Origin: Candidatus Stammera capleta
GTDB taxonomy: Bacteria; Pseudomonadota; Gammaproteobacteria; Enterobacterales; Enterobacteriaceae
Assembly (NCBI GenBank): GCA_036689475.1
Contig: CP144834.1
Span: 67,739-131,738, forward strand
Length of the DNA stretch: 64,000 nucleotides
Direction of reading: 5' to 3'
Made by a program: the position numbers and the translations under genes. Shown piece by piece: positions 28,025-39,903 of the stretch. How positions within the stretch are numbered: the first letter of the stretch is position 1; every line of letters begins with the position of its first letter. The notes beneath the pieces are model-generated. The model was given only the letters and a program-made list of their open reading frames with translations. It had not been told where the DNA came from and did not search any database.

Positions 28025-28579
28025 TTAATTCCTTTTTTTAATAATTTTATCTATTATTCCATATTTTAAAGCTTTTTTAGGTGATAAGAATTTGTCTCTT
28101 TCTATATCTTTTTTAATTTTTTCTAAATTTTGATTTGTATTATTATGTAACAAATTAATAATTTTATTTTTTATTTTTAATATTTCTTTTGTATGTATTT
28201 CTATATCTGATGCTTGTCCTTTAAAGTTACCTAATGGTTGATGAATCATAATTTTAGAGTTTGGTAAACTAAATCTTTTTTTTTTTTTACCTGATGATAA
28301 AATAATTGCTGCCATAGAACATGCTTGACCAATACAAATAGTATTTACATCTGGTTTTATAAAGTTTATTGTGTCATATATTGACATTCCTGATGTTATT
28401 ATTCCTCCAGGAGAATTTATATATAAATAGATATCTTTTTTGTAATTTTCAGATTCTAAATAAAGTAATTGAATTATTATATTATTTGATAATATATCAT
28501 TAATATATCCTGTTAAAAATATTATTCTATTTTGTAAAAGTTTATTATATAGAGTATTATTGTTGTAATTTTCTTCCAT
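28025..28579 (-). CDS. clpP: ATP-dependent Clp protease proteolytic subunit ClpP (short N-terminus)
   Basis: 184 aa. [24 protein letters not shown] (Ser), MIHQP (His), ERDKF (Asp). An in-frame TAA at 28583-28585 prevents any N-terminal extension. Confidence 0.95.
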   Translation of the reverse strand: MEENYNNNTLYNKLLQNRIIFLTGYINDILSNNIIIQLLYLESENYKKDIYLYINSPGGIITSGMSIYDTINFIKPDVNTICIGQACSMAAIILSSGKKKKRFSLPNSKIMIHQPLGNFKGQASDIEIHTKEILKIKNKIINLLHNNTNQNLEKIKKDIERDKFLSPKKALKYGIIDKIIKKRN

Positions 28580-28605
28580 TTTTTAAAGTATTTTAATATT
28601 ATTAT

Positions 28606-29016
28606 TTAATTATTATAAATTTTATCTAGAATATTATTTATTAATTTATAACTATTATTAAATCCAAATTTTTTTGCTAAATTTATACTTTCATTTATTA
28701 TAATTTTGTAAGGTATTTTTTTATTTATTTTTAATTCGTATATTGCAATATTTAATATAAAAAATTCTATTTTACCTATATATGTTTCTTTAAGTGTTAG
28801 AGATGAATAAATTTTTTTTTTAATGTATTTTTTATTTTTTTTAATTCCGTAGAAAATTCTATATAAGTAATATAAATTTACATTTTTAAATATTTTTGAA
28901 TTCATTAATTGGAACTCTTTAATTTTTAGTTTTATATTTTTATTTTTTGATATTTTACAAGAATACATGATTTGTAATGCTAATTCTCTAGTTTTTTGAT
29001 TTTTTAAAAAATACAA
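28606..29016 (-). CDS. nusB: Transcription antitermination factor NusB
   Basis: 136 aa. RELALQIMYS, ILNIAIYEL, IPYKIIINESINLAKKFG, KLINNILDK parallel E. coli NusB. Confidence 0.8.
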   Translation of the reverse strand: MYFLKNQKTRELALQIMYSCKISKNKNIKLKIKEFQLMNSKIFKNVNLYYLYRIFYGIKKNKKYIKKKIYSSLTLKETYIGKIEFFILNIAIYELKINKKIPYKIIINESINLAKKFGFNNSYKLINNILDKIYNN

Positions 29017-29039
29017 TTTAAATATCCTTTATTTTATAA

Positions 29040-29258
29040 TTATTTATTGTTACGAAAAATTATTCTTCCTTTATTAATATCATAAGGAGTTAATTCTACT
29101 GTTACTCTATCTCCTGTTAAAATTCTAATATAATTTTTTCTCATTTTACCAGATATATGTCCTATTATTAAATATCCATTATCTAATTTGATTTTAAACA
29201 TAGTATTAGGTAAAGTTTCGATTACTATACCTTGTACTTCAATATTTTTTTCTTTCAT
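29040..29258 (-). CDS. infA: Translation initiation factor IF-1
   Basis: [60 protein letters not shown] is nearly identical to E. coli InfA. I place the start at the internal ATG (29256-29258) rather than the track's 29321. Confidence 0.93.
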   Translation of the reverse strand: MKEKNIEVQGIVIETLPNTMFKIKLDNGYLIIGHISGKMRKNYIRILTGDRVTVELTPYDINKGRIIFRNNK

Positions 29259-29269
29259 TATTTTTATTT

Positions 29270-30220
29270 TTATTTGTTTTTTTTTTCTAAATATTTTTGC
29301 ACTTCTATTGCTGCTATGCATCCTGATGCAGAAGCTGTAATAGCTTGTTTAAATTTATTGTTTATTACATCACCTGCAGCAAATATACCATTTATATTAG
29401 TCATAGATTGATATTTTGAATTTTTGTAATTTGTTATTATATATCCTCATTTATCTAGTTTAATTTTTTTTCTAAATATTTTTGTATTAGGTATATAACC
29501 TATTGTTATAAATAATCCATCTATTTTAATTTTTTTTTCCCTTTTGTTTTTTAAATTTTTAATTTTTATACTATTTAAATATTTTTTTTTTTCATATATT
29601 TTAATTATTTTATAATTTTTATAAAAAATAATTTTTTTTTCTTTAATTTTTTTATTTATTTTATGTATTAAAAATTTTTCAGATGTTAATTTTCTTCTAT
29701 GAATTAAATATATTTTATTAACTATTTTAGATAAATATAATGATTCTTCTGTTGCAGTATTACCACCGCCTATAATAGCAATATTTTTATTTTTATATAG
29801 TAAACCATCACATGTTGCACATGTAGATATACCTTTTCCGTATAAAAGTTTTTCTTTAGACAAATTAAGTTTTCTCGGTTTACAACCTGTAGCTATTATT
29901 AATGATATACAATAATATTTTTTAATTTTACCTATTAATGTAATAATTTTATTATTATATTTTATATTTATAATAGTATCGTTAATTATTTTAGTACTAA
30001 ATTTTAATGATTGTTTTTTTATATTTTTAATTAATTTAATACCTTTAATACCTTTATATTCTCCTGGCCAATTTTCTATTTTGTTTGATTTTATTATTTG
30101 TCCTCCTTCTTCATATCCTGTAATTAATAAAGGTTTAAGATTATATCTACTTGCATATATAGATGATGTATATCCTGCGGGTCCTGAACCTATAATTATA
30201 AGTTTTTCTATTTTTTTCAT
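29270..30220 (-). CDS. trxB: Thioredoxin reductase
   Basis: [10 protein letters not shown], the CATCDG redox centre, [11 protein letters not shown]. Hand-extended through TGA 29447-29449 (…GIFAAGDV…) to TAA 29270-29272. 317 codons. Confidence 0.9.
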
Positions 30221-30348
30221 AATTATTTTAGATATTATTAAGTATATAATTTAATAAAATATAGTATAATTATTATACTAGTTTTTGTAATTTGATTATA
30301 TATTATTTATATAATTAATATTTTAAAATTTTTATAAATGATAATTTT

Positions 30349-31632
30349 ATGTTAGATATAAAATTTTTATTAAATAATTATGATAGATTTTCTAAAAAAT
30401 TAAGTAGTAATATTTTATCTTTTGATATTAAAGAGATATTTTATTTATTTAATTTAAAAAAAAAAATTAAATTTGAAATTGAATTGTTACAGTCTAAACG
30501 TAATTTTTTTACTAAAAAATTTTTTTTTGTTTTAAAAGATAATTTTTTTTTTTTAAAAAATATAGTAAAGTTTTTTAAAGTTAATATAAATTTTAAAAAA
30601 AAAAAATTATATGAAATATCATTAATTTTACAAAATAAAATATTAGAAATACCTAATATACCTCATAAGAGTGTTCCTTTAGGTAAAAAAGATATAAACA
30701 ATAAAATAATTTTATATTGGGGTTCTATAAAAAAAAAAAAGTTTAAAATTGTTGATCATATTAAAATCGGTAAATTATCAGGTAATTTAAATTTTAGTGA
30801 TTCTAATAATGTTAGTGGTTCTGGTTTTGTAGTTATGAAAAATAATATTGCTATTTTGTACAGAGCGATATCTCAATTTATGTTAGATATACATATAAGA
30901 AAAAATTTTTATTCTGAGGTTTATGTTCCTTATGTTGTAAATATTTCTTCTTTGTATGGTACAGGACAATTACCAAAATTTTATAAAGATATATTTTATG
31001 TTAATACTAAAAGAGAAAAAAATATTAATTATGCTTTAATTCCTACGTCAGAAGTTTCTTTAATAAATTTATTTAAAAATAAAATTTTAGATGAAAAAGA
31101 TTTACCTATTAAATTAGTTAGTAATACACCATGTTTTAGGTCTGAATCTAAATCTTATGGTAAAAATAATAGAGGTTTAATTAGATTAAAGCAATTTGAT
31201 AAAGTTGAATTAATTCAAATAATTAAACCAGAAAATTCTATGTTAGCTTTGGAAAATTTAACTTGTGATGCAGAATTAATATTAAAAATGTTAAATTTAC
31301 CTTATCGTAAAATTTTATTATGTAGTGAATTAATGAGTTTTAGTTCCTGTAAAACATATGATTTAGAAGTTTGATCTCCATTAGATAATTCTTATATTGA
31401 GGTTTCTTCATGTTCTAATACATGAGATTTTCAATCTAGAAGAATTAATATTCGTTATAAGGATAATAAATCAAGTAAAAATAAGTTTGTGCATATCATT
31501 AATGGATCTGGATTAGCAATTGGTAGAGTATTAATGCTTATATTAGAGAATTTTCAGGTAGATAATGGAATTATTAAAATCCCAGATGTTTTATTAAATT
31601 ATATGGGTGGTTTAAAATTTATTAATTTTTAA
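30349..31632 (+). CDS. serS: Seryl-tRNA synthetase
   Basis: LIPTSEV, TPCFRSE, then hand-translated through two TGAs (EVSSCSNTWDFQSRR, NGSGLAIGRVLMLILENFQ) to TAA 31630-31632. Confidence 0.9.
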
Positions 31633-31644
31633 TAATTAATTTTT

Positions 31645-32667
31645 ATGTTTAAAAAATTTTCAGTTGCACCTTTATATAAATATACAGATAGACACTGTAG
31701 ATATTTTTATAGTATATTAACTAATAATGTTAAATTATATACTGGTATGGTTTGTGTGACTTCTTTTTTAAATAGGTATAAAAAAAAAAAATTATTATCT
31801 AATAGTATTAATAATGTACCTGTAGCAATACAATTTATAGGTAGTAATTGTAATAATTTATATAAAGCTGCTAAAATAGCTAGAAAATTAAATTTTTCTG
31901 AAATTAATTTTAATTTAGGTTGTCCTTCTAAAAGTTCTTATTTTGGTAAAATGGGATTTTTTTTAATGTCTAATATTAATAATGTTATTAATTGTATTAA
32001 TTCTTTAATTTTAGGTGCTAAAAATATTCAAGTATCTATAAAACATAGAATAAATTATAATTATTGTTACAATAGTTTTTTAGATTTTATTGGTAATATT
32101 TCTTTGTTTACTAAATGTAATTATTTTATTATTCATGCTAGAAGTATATTAAAAAATAATTTTTCTACTAAATTTAATTTACAATTTCCTGTTTTAAATT
32201 ATAATTATATTTATAAATTAAAAAAAGATTTACCTCATTTAAATATAATATTAAATGGTAATTTAAATAATTTAAAAGATATAAATAACCATTTAAATTA
32301 TGTTGATGGAGTAATGATGGGTAGAAAAATTTATTCTGATCCTGGAATTTTATTTGATATAGATAATTATATTAATAGAAAAGATAGTAAAATAATTTTA
32401 TCTTCTTATAAAAATAAAATTATTTTAAATAATAAAATAAGTTCTAAATTTAGATTAATTTTTTTAAAATTATATTTTTATATTATTAAAGAAATTAAGT
32501 TATATAATACACATCCTATTAATATACTTAAACATGTAGTTAATATTTTTAGAGGTATTAAATATGCTTCTTATTTTAAAAGAAGATTAATACAATCTTC
32601 TTATAATTTTAAATTTTTTTCATGTTTTTACGATTTTGAAAATTTTTTGTATAAAAAATTTATTTAG
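31645..32667 (+). CDS. dusA: tRNA-dihydrouridine synthase A
   Basis: 340 aa. FSVAPLYKYTDRHCRYFYSILT parallels E. coli DusA FSVAPMLDWTDRHCRYF. NLGCPS. TAG stop. Confidence 0.8.
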   Translation: MFKKFSVAPLYKYTDRHCRYFYSILTNNVKLYTGMVCVTSFLNRYKKKKLLSNSINNVPVAIQFIGSNCNNLYKAAKIARKLNFSEINFNLGCPSKSSYFGKMGFFLMSNINNVINCINSLILGAKNIQVSIKHRINYNYCYNSFLDFIGNISLFTKCNYFIIHARSILKNNFSTKFNLQFPVLNYNYIYKLKKDLPHLNIILNGNLNNLKDINNHLNYVDGVMMGRKIYSDPGILFDIDNYINRKDSKIILSSYKNKIILNNKISSKFRLIFLKLYFYIIKEIKLYNTHPINILKHVVNIFRGIKYASYFKRRLIQSSYNFKFFSCFYDFENFLYKKFI

Positions 32668-32949
32668 TTTTTTTATTTAAATACAAAAGTACTTTTTTAC
32701 TACATTTAAAATATGGTACGATAATTTTTTTTTTATTTTTTTTTGTTTTTTTAAAGTTATTGTTATTTATATTTTTTTTATATATATTTAAGTAACCAAA
32801 ATTTTTTATTAATATTTTTTTTTTTTTAATTTTTTTTGTAAAAAAATTAATTAGTTTTTTTAAAATATAAAAAATTTTTTTTTCGATATTATTTTATTTA
32901 TATCATTAAAAATTTTTTTTATTATTATACTTAAATTAATTATTTTCAT
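32660..32949 (-). pseudogene. ihfB: Integration host factor beta subunit, degenerate and needing a +1 nt correction in an A9 run
   Basis: ATG 32947-32949 lies 1 nt after the rpsA stop (E. coli order is rpsA-ihfB). Frame 1 gives MKIINLSIIIKKIFNDINKIISKKKFFIF* (stop 32860-32862). The frame reached by adding one nt continues …ILIKNFGYL…IIVPYFKCSKKV… (compare IEIRGFGSF and YVPHFKPGKEL) to TAA 32660-32662. 290 nt in total. Confidence 0.55.
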
Positions 32950-32950
32950 A

Positions 32951-34573
32951 TTATTTTATTTTAGCTGTTTTAAATGCTTCTAACATAGTATTAAAACAAT
33001 TATTGTTATTTCTTTTCTTTTTTTTTATATTTCTTTCTTTTTTATATATATGTAAATATAATAATCTATTTTTAAAATCTATATTTATTATTTTAGTAAT
33101 TATAAAGTTATTTATTTTAATTTTATTTTTTTTTTTATCTGTATATTTTATATATCCTTCTATTCCTTCTTCAGTTAATACTTTAATATTATTTTTTTTA
33201 AATTTTATGATTTTAACTTTTAATGATATATTTTTTTTATGAATATTAATATATTTATTTATTGGATCTTCTGTAAGTTGTTTAATACCTAATGATATTC
33301 TTTCTTTTTCTACATCTATTTGTAGAATAGATACTTTGATTTTATCTCCTTTTTTATATGTATTTTTATTAATTTTGTTTCAAGATATATCTGAGGTATG
33401 TACTAAACCATTTATTCCTTTATCTAAATTTAAAAATATTCCAAAATCTGTAATTGATTTTATAGTTCCTATTATATTATCTCCTTTATTATAATATTTA
33501 GTAAATTTTATTCATGGATTAGGTTTACATTGTTTAATTCCTAAAGATATTCTACGTTTTTTTTGATCTATATTTAATATTATAGCTTCTATAGATTCTC
33601 CTATATTAAATATTTTAAATGGATTAATATTTTTGTTTTTTCAATCTATTTCAGAAATATGTGCTAAACCTTCTATACCTTCTTCAATTTCTATAAAACA
33701 ACCATAATCAGTTAGATTGGTAATTTTACCTTTTATTTTACTTTTTAAAGGATATTTATTGTTTATATTTTTTCATGGATCTTCACTAAGTTGTTTTAAT
33801 CCTAAAGAAACTCTTGTATTTTGTTTATCAAATTTTATAATTTTTACATTGATTTTTTCTCCTATTTTTAATATTTCATTAGGATGTTTTACTCTTTTTC
33901 ATGCTATATCTGTTATATGTAATAATCCGTCTAATCCACCTAAATCAATAAATGCACCATAATCTGTTATATTTTTTACTATTCCTTCCAATATTAAACC
34001 CTCGTAAATATTTTTTATTAATTTCTCTCTTTCAAAATTATTTTCACTTAATATAACTGCTTTTCTAGATATAACTATATTATTATTATTTTTATCTAGT
34101 TTTATTATTTTAAATTCTAATTTTTTTTCTTCTAATTCAGAAAGATCTTTAATTGGTTTTACATCTATTAAAGAACCAGGTAAAAAAGCTTTTATTCCAT
34201 TAATATCTACTGTTAAACCACCTTTTACTTTTCCATTAATTATTCCTTTTATTATTGTAGATTTTTTATATGATTTTTCTATATTAAGTCATGCTTTATA
34301 TTTTTGTGCTTTTTCTCTTGATAAAATTGTTTCTCCATGCCCTCCAGAAATATAATCTACTAAAACTTCTACATTATCATTAATTTGGATATTAATTTTT
34401 CCTTTTGAATCTTTAAATTGTTCTATAGGAACATATGATTCTGATTTTAAACCAGAATCTATAATTACATTTTTATGATCTATATCTATTATTTTACCTT
34501 TAATTATAGAACCTTGTTTAATATTTTTTTTTTTTATTAATTTTTTAAATAGTTTTCCAAATATTTCGGCCAT
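32951..34573 (-). CDS. rpsA: 30S ribosomal protein S1
   Basis: The N-terminus MAEIFGKLF…[14 protein letters not shown]…[15 protein letters not shown] and the C-terminus [11 protein letters not shown] match E. coli S1. 1623 nt in a single frame. Confidence 0.95.
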
Positions 34574-34613
34574 TTGTTTTTTAAGAGTAATAATATTAAA
34601 TTAATTTTTTATT

Positions 34614-35087
34614 TTAAAAAGGTATATCATCAAAATCTATAGATAAATCTTCTGATTTATTTTGAGATATTTTATTTTTTTTAGTTTTGTCTTTTTTTTT
34701 TATATTATTTTTTAAATGGTTATGTTTTTTATTATATTTTTTAGTTCCAAGCATTTGCATTGTACCATTTATATTCACAATTATTTCTGTAGTATATCTA
34801 TCATTTCCATTTTTATCTTGTCATTTTTTAGTTTTTAATGATCCTTCTATATAAATTTGTGATCCTTTACGTAAATATTCTGCTGCTATTTCTGCTAGTT
34901 TTCCAAATAATACTACTCTATGTCATTCAGTTTTTTCTTTGTTTTCTCCTGTATTTTTATCTTTTCATTTTTCTGAAGTAGCTAAATTTAAATTAGTTAC
35001 TGTATTTCCTTTAGAAGTATATCTAATTTCTGGATCTTGACCTAAATTTCCTATTAAAATTACTTTATTAATTCCTTTGTTTACCAT
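34614..35087 (-). CDS. ssb: Single-stranded DNA-binding protein
   Basis: Hand-translated, 157 aa. [41 protein letters not shown]-terminal DDIPF. All three conserved Trp residues are written as TGA. Confidence 0.95.
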
Positions 35088-35217
35088 ATATATAATATTT
35101 TAAATGAATTGGTTATTTAAATAATTTATTTTATTAAATAATTTTTATTATAAAATAAATATATTTAAAAATATACATACTTTTTATATTTTAATTTTTA
35201 ATTTTTTTTTAAAAAAA

Positions 35218-36591
35218 TTAGTATTTATGTGATACATAATTATCAAATCTAGATATTTTACCATTAAAAACTAAATGTATTGTTCCTGTTGGCCCATTAC
35301 GTTGTTTACCTATGATAATTTCTGCTACTCCTTTCATATCTGAATTATCGTTATATACTTCGTCTCTATATATAAACATTATTAAATCAGCATCTTGTTC
35401 TATGGAACCTGATTCTCTTAAATCAGAATTTACTGGTCTTTTATCTATTCTTTGTTCTGAAAGTCTATTTAATTGTGATAATGCTATTATTGGAATTTTT
35501 AATTCTTTAGCTAAAAGTTTTAAAGATCTGGATATATCAGCAATTTCTAATGCTCTATTATCTAAATATGTAGATGATTTCATTAATTGAAGATAATCAA
35601 TCATTACTAAACTTAATCCTTTATTTTCTTTGTATATTTTTCTAGTTCTTGACCGAACATCTGTTGGTGTTAATATACATGAATCATCTATAAAAATATT
35701 TTTTTTTTTTTTTAATATATTAATTGTACTTGATATTCTTGCTCAATCTTCATTATTTAATTTTCCGGTTTTAATTTTATTTTGATTTACTCTAGATAAT
35801 GAAGATATTATTCTTATTATTATTTGTTCTGAAGGCATTTCTAAACTAAATATTAATACTGGTTTTTTTTGAGACATTGCTATATTTTCACATATATTCA
35901 TAGCAAAAGTTGTTTTACCCATTGATGGTCTTGCAGCAATTATAATTAAATCTGATTTTTGTAAACCAAATGTTTTTTTATTTAAATCAATATATCCTGT
36001 ATCTATACCAGTAATTTCTTTTTTTGGATTAGTATATAATAATTTAATTTTTTTTTTTGTTTTTTTAATTATATTAAATATATTTTTTGGTCCTGATGTT
36101 TTATTTAGTTCTTTTTCAGATATTTTAAATATTTTTGATTCGGCAATATCTATTAAATCTTTACTATTTTTACCTTTTAAATTAAAACTTGTTGTAATTA
36201 TTTCATTTGCTGTATTAATAATTTTTCTAATGACTGATTTTTCTTTTATTATTTCAGCATGATAAATTATATTGGTTATATTTAATATATTTTGTGAAAT
36301 TTGAGCTAGATAATTAAATCCTCCTATTAATTTTAAATATTTATTTTTTTTTAATGATTCTGAAAGTGTAATTAAATCTATAGGTTTATAGGATTTAGAT
36401 AGATTTTGCATTTCTAAAAAAATTATTTGATGTGATTTTTGAAAGAAATCTTTATAATTTATTATTTCATAAATATTTTCTCATTTATCATTATCTAACA
36501 TTAATCCTCCTATAACAGATTGTTCTGCTTCTATAGAATATGGAGGTATTTTATAAGAAGAAAATTCAATATCATTATTTATATCTTTCAT
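35218..36591 (-). CDS. dnaB: Replicative DNA helicase DnaB
   Basis: PPYSIEAEQSVIGGLMLDN, ARPSMGKTTFAMN (Walker A), IIDYLQLM, ALSQLNR, GSIEQDADLIMFIYRDE. 458 codons in one frame. Confidence 0.95.
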
Positions 36592-36663
36592 ATTTTAAAA
36601 ATATATTTAGTTGTTTTATAATATTTATTATAAATATTATCATTATACAATATAATTAAAATT

Positions 36664-37794
36664 ATGATTCCTATAAGTTTATATATACATATACCTTTTT
36701 GTTTTAATAAATGTCCTTATTGTTCCTTTTTAAGTTATATAGATTATAAAAATGTAAATATTAAAAAATATATTTTAAATATGATAAATGATTTAAAAGA
36801 AGATTTTGATTTTAAAAATGATAATAGATATATATATAGTATATATATTGGTGGTGGTACACCTAATGTTTTGAATTTTGATAGTATAAATTTTTTGTTA
36901 GAAAATATTTTTTTATTTTTTTTATGTAAAAAAAATATAGAAATTACTTTGGAAGTAAATATTTTAAATTTAAGTAAAAATGATATATTTAATTATTTTC
37001 AAATTGGTATTAATAGATTATCTGTAGGTGTACAAAGTTTTGATAATTATATTTTAAAATGTATTGATAGGAATTATACATGTAGTGATATATTTAAGAT
37101 TATTGATAGTGTTAAAAATTATTTTATTAATTTTAATGTAGATTTAATATATGGTTTTCCAAGTCAAAGTATTAACAGTGCTATTAAAGATATATTTAAT
37201 ATTATAAAATTAGATATACCACATTTATCTTGATATGAATTAATAATTAAAAAAAATACTAGGTATTATAATTTGTTAAATAAAATTAATTATTCAAAGT
37301 TAGAAAAAATATTTTTTTTAGGTAAAAAAATTTTAGAAGAAAATGGTTATTTCCAATATGAAATATCTTCTTATGTAAAAAAAAAAAAAAATATTTGTTT
37401 ACATAATGTAAATTATTGACGTTTTGGTGATTATTTAGGAATTGGTTGTGGTGCTCATGGTAAAATAACTTATTTAAATTATAAATATATATATAGAATT
37501 GTTAAAAAAAATAAATTAATTAATTATGTTAATGGATTTTATATAAAAAAAAAATATATTTTATCTATCAAAGATATTATTTCTGAATATTTTATATGTA
37601 GATTAAGATTATTAATTCCATTTTGTATTAAAGAATTTACTTTTTATACTGGATTAAAATTTAGTTTAATAAAAACAAAAATTGATTTTGCAATTAAAAA
37701 AAAATATTTAATTTATATAAATAAAAAAAAAAAATTTTTTTTAACTAAAAAAGGTTATTTATTTTTAAATGATTGTTTAGAAATTTTTTGTTAA
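36664..37794 (+). CDS. hemW: Radical-SAM heme chaperone HemW (YggW, HemN-like)
   Basis: LYIHIPFCFNKCPYCSF cluster motif, GGGTPN, RLSVGVQSF. Single frame to TAA 37792-37794. 377 codons, like E. coli YggW. Confidence 0.8.
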
Positions 37795-37799
37795 ATATT

Positions 37800-38363
37800 T
37801 TATATTTTTTTTATAAATAATTTATATTTTATATTTTGTGTATATTTCTTTTTATATAGAATTCATGTTTTTGGTATATAAAATGATTTATTTTTTTTAT
37901 ATGTTTCTATATATATAATACATTTTTTTTTTAATATATTATTTTTTTCTATTAATCTAATAATTAGATTAATTTTTTTATTTTTATATGGTGGATCTAT
38001 AAATATTAAATTAAATTTATTATTATTTTTTTTTTTTAATCATATTAGTAAATCAATATTTATAATTGAATAAAGTTCTTTTTTAATTCATTTAAAATTT
38101 TTTTTTATGTTATTAAAAATTTTATATTTTTTTTCTATTAAAGTTACATGTTTAGCTTTTCTAGATATAGATTCTAAACTTAATATTCCACTACCTGCAA
38201 AACAGTCTAGACATATAGAATTTTTTATGAAAGGATTTAATCAATCAAATAATGTTTTTCTTATGCCTACTAAAGTAGGTTTAGTTGTTTTATCTCTTAG
38301 AATTTTAATTTTTTTACCTTTAAATGTTCCACCTATTATTTTTAAATAATTTTTATATTTCAT
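37800..38363 (-). CDS. rsmD: 16S rRNA m2G966 methyltransferase RsmD
   Basis: Fully hand-translated, 187 aa. IIGGTFKGKKI, KPTLVGIRKTLFDWL, CLDCFAGSGILSLESISR, FIDPPY. The track's + strand ORF 38107..38349 is its antisense shadow. Confidence 0.85.
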
Positions 38364-38466
38364 ATTTAATATTTAAAATTTAGTGTAAATTAATTTTTAT
38401 TTATTATATTATAGTTTATAATATATATAAATTATGTTATATAATTTGTTTTTATTAATTTTTTAT

Positions 38467-39312
38467 ATGGAAGTTAATGATATTAATTTTGAAATATTTA
38501 ATTTGATTAGATTAAGTAGTTATATATATAAAGTAAATTCTTGACCTATTTTGTCTTTAGAAAAAGAATATCAATTAATTAATCGTTTTTATTATTGTAA
38601 TGACTTAGATTCTGCTAAAGAATTAATTCTTTATCATTTGCGTTTTGTAATATATATAGCAAAAAATTATTCTGGATATGGTTTACCTCAAGCAGATTTA
38701 ATTCAGGAGGGTAATATTGGTTTAATGAAAGCGGTAAAAAAATTTAATCCTTTTTATGGAGTTAGAATTATATCTTTTGCAATTTATTGAATAAAAGCTA
38801 AAATACATGAATATATTTTAAGAAATTGGAAAATTGTTAAGATTGCTACTACTAAATCACAGCGTAAATTATTTTTTAATTTAAGAAAAATTAAAAAGAA
38901 ATTTGGTTGATTTAATAATAAAGAAATTGATATTGTTGCACGTAGATTTAGTGTATCAAAAAAAGATGTTAGAGATATGGAATCACGTATGTTTTCTAAA
39001 GATTTAATTATTGATAAAAAATTTGATTATTATAATCCAATTTTTTATTCTTCTATTTTAGATAAATGTTCTAATTTTGCTTGTAATTTTGAAAGAATTA
39101 ATTGAATAAAATACAATATTAAGAAATTAAAACAAGCTTTAAATTATTTAGACAATAGAAGTAAACATATAATAGAATCTAGATGATTATATAATAATAA
39201 AAAAATTACTTTAAAAAAGTTAGCGTTATATTATTCTGTTTCAGCAGAAAGGATACGTCAGTTAGAAAAAAATGCTATGAAAAAATTAAGATTAGTTTTA
39301 GAAAATAATTAA
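38467..39312 (+). CDS. rpoH: RNA polymerase heat-shock sigma factor sigma-32
   Basis: [36 protein letters not shown] and the RpoH box [15 protein letters not shown]-terminal region 4 [17 protein letters not shown]. 282 codons. Confidence 0.95.
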
Positions 39313-39345
39313 TTTAATAAATAATATTTTATTTATAGGTTTATT

Positions 39346-39870
39346 GTGACTACTATATTAAGTGTTAGAAAAAAAAATTTAGTTGTTATGGGTGGTGATG
39401 GGCAAGCTACTTTTGGTAATACAATTATGAAAAGTAATGTACGTAAAGTACGTAAACTTTATAATAATAAAATTCTTGCTGGTTTTGCTGGTGGAACAGC
39501 TGATGCTTTTACTTTATTTGAATATTTTGAAAAAAAATTAGAAATGTATCAAGGTCATGTAATAAAATCTGCTGTAGAATTAGCTAAAGATTGAAGAACA
39601 GATCATAGTTTAAGAAAATTAGAAGCTTTATTAGCAATTACTGATATTAAATATTCTTTAATTATTACTGGTAGTGGTGATATTATACAACCTGAAAATA
39701 ATTTAATTGCATTAGGTAGTGGTGGTTCTTATGCTTTAGCTTCAGCTAGAGCTTTGTTGGAAAATACTGATCTTGATGCACGTAGTGTAGTTAAAAAATC
39801 TTTATCTATATCTGCAGATATATGTTTATATACAAATCATGTTTTTACTATTAAAGAATTAAATTATTAA
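39346..39870 (+). CDS. hslV: ATP-dependent protease subunit HslV
   Basis: GTG start. [10 protein letters not shown]…[13 protein letters not shown]…[15 protein letters not shown]…AKDWRTD (TGA 39592-39594) is almost residue-for-residue E. coli HslV. Confidence 0.95.
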
Positions 39871-39903
39871 TTATTTAAATTTGTTTTAATAAGGATATTT
39901 ATT

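Noticed and set aside
29259-29321. The track gives infA a 21-aa N-terminal extension ([11 protein letters not shown]…).
   Set aside because: The extension overlaps the 3' end of trxB in another frame. The internal [10 protein letters not shown] start aligns with E. coli InfA MAKEDNIEMQG.
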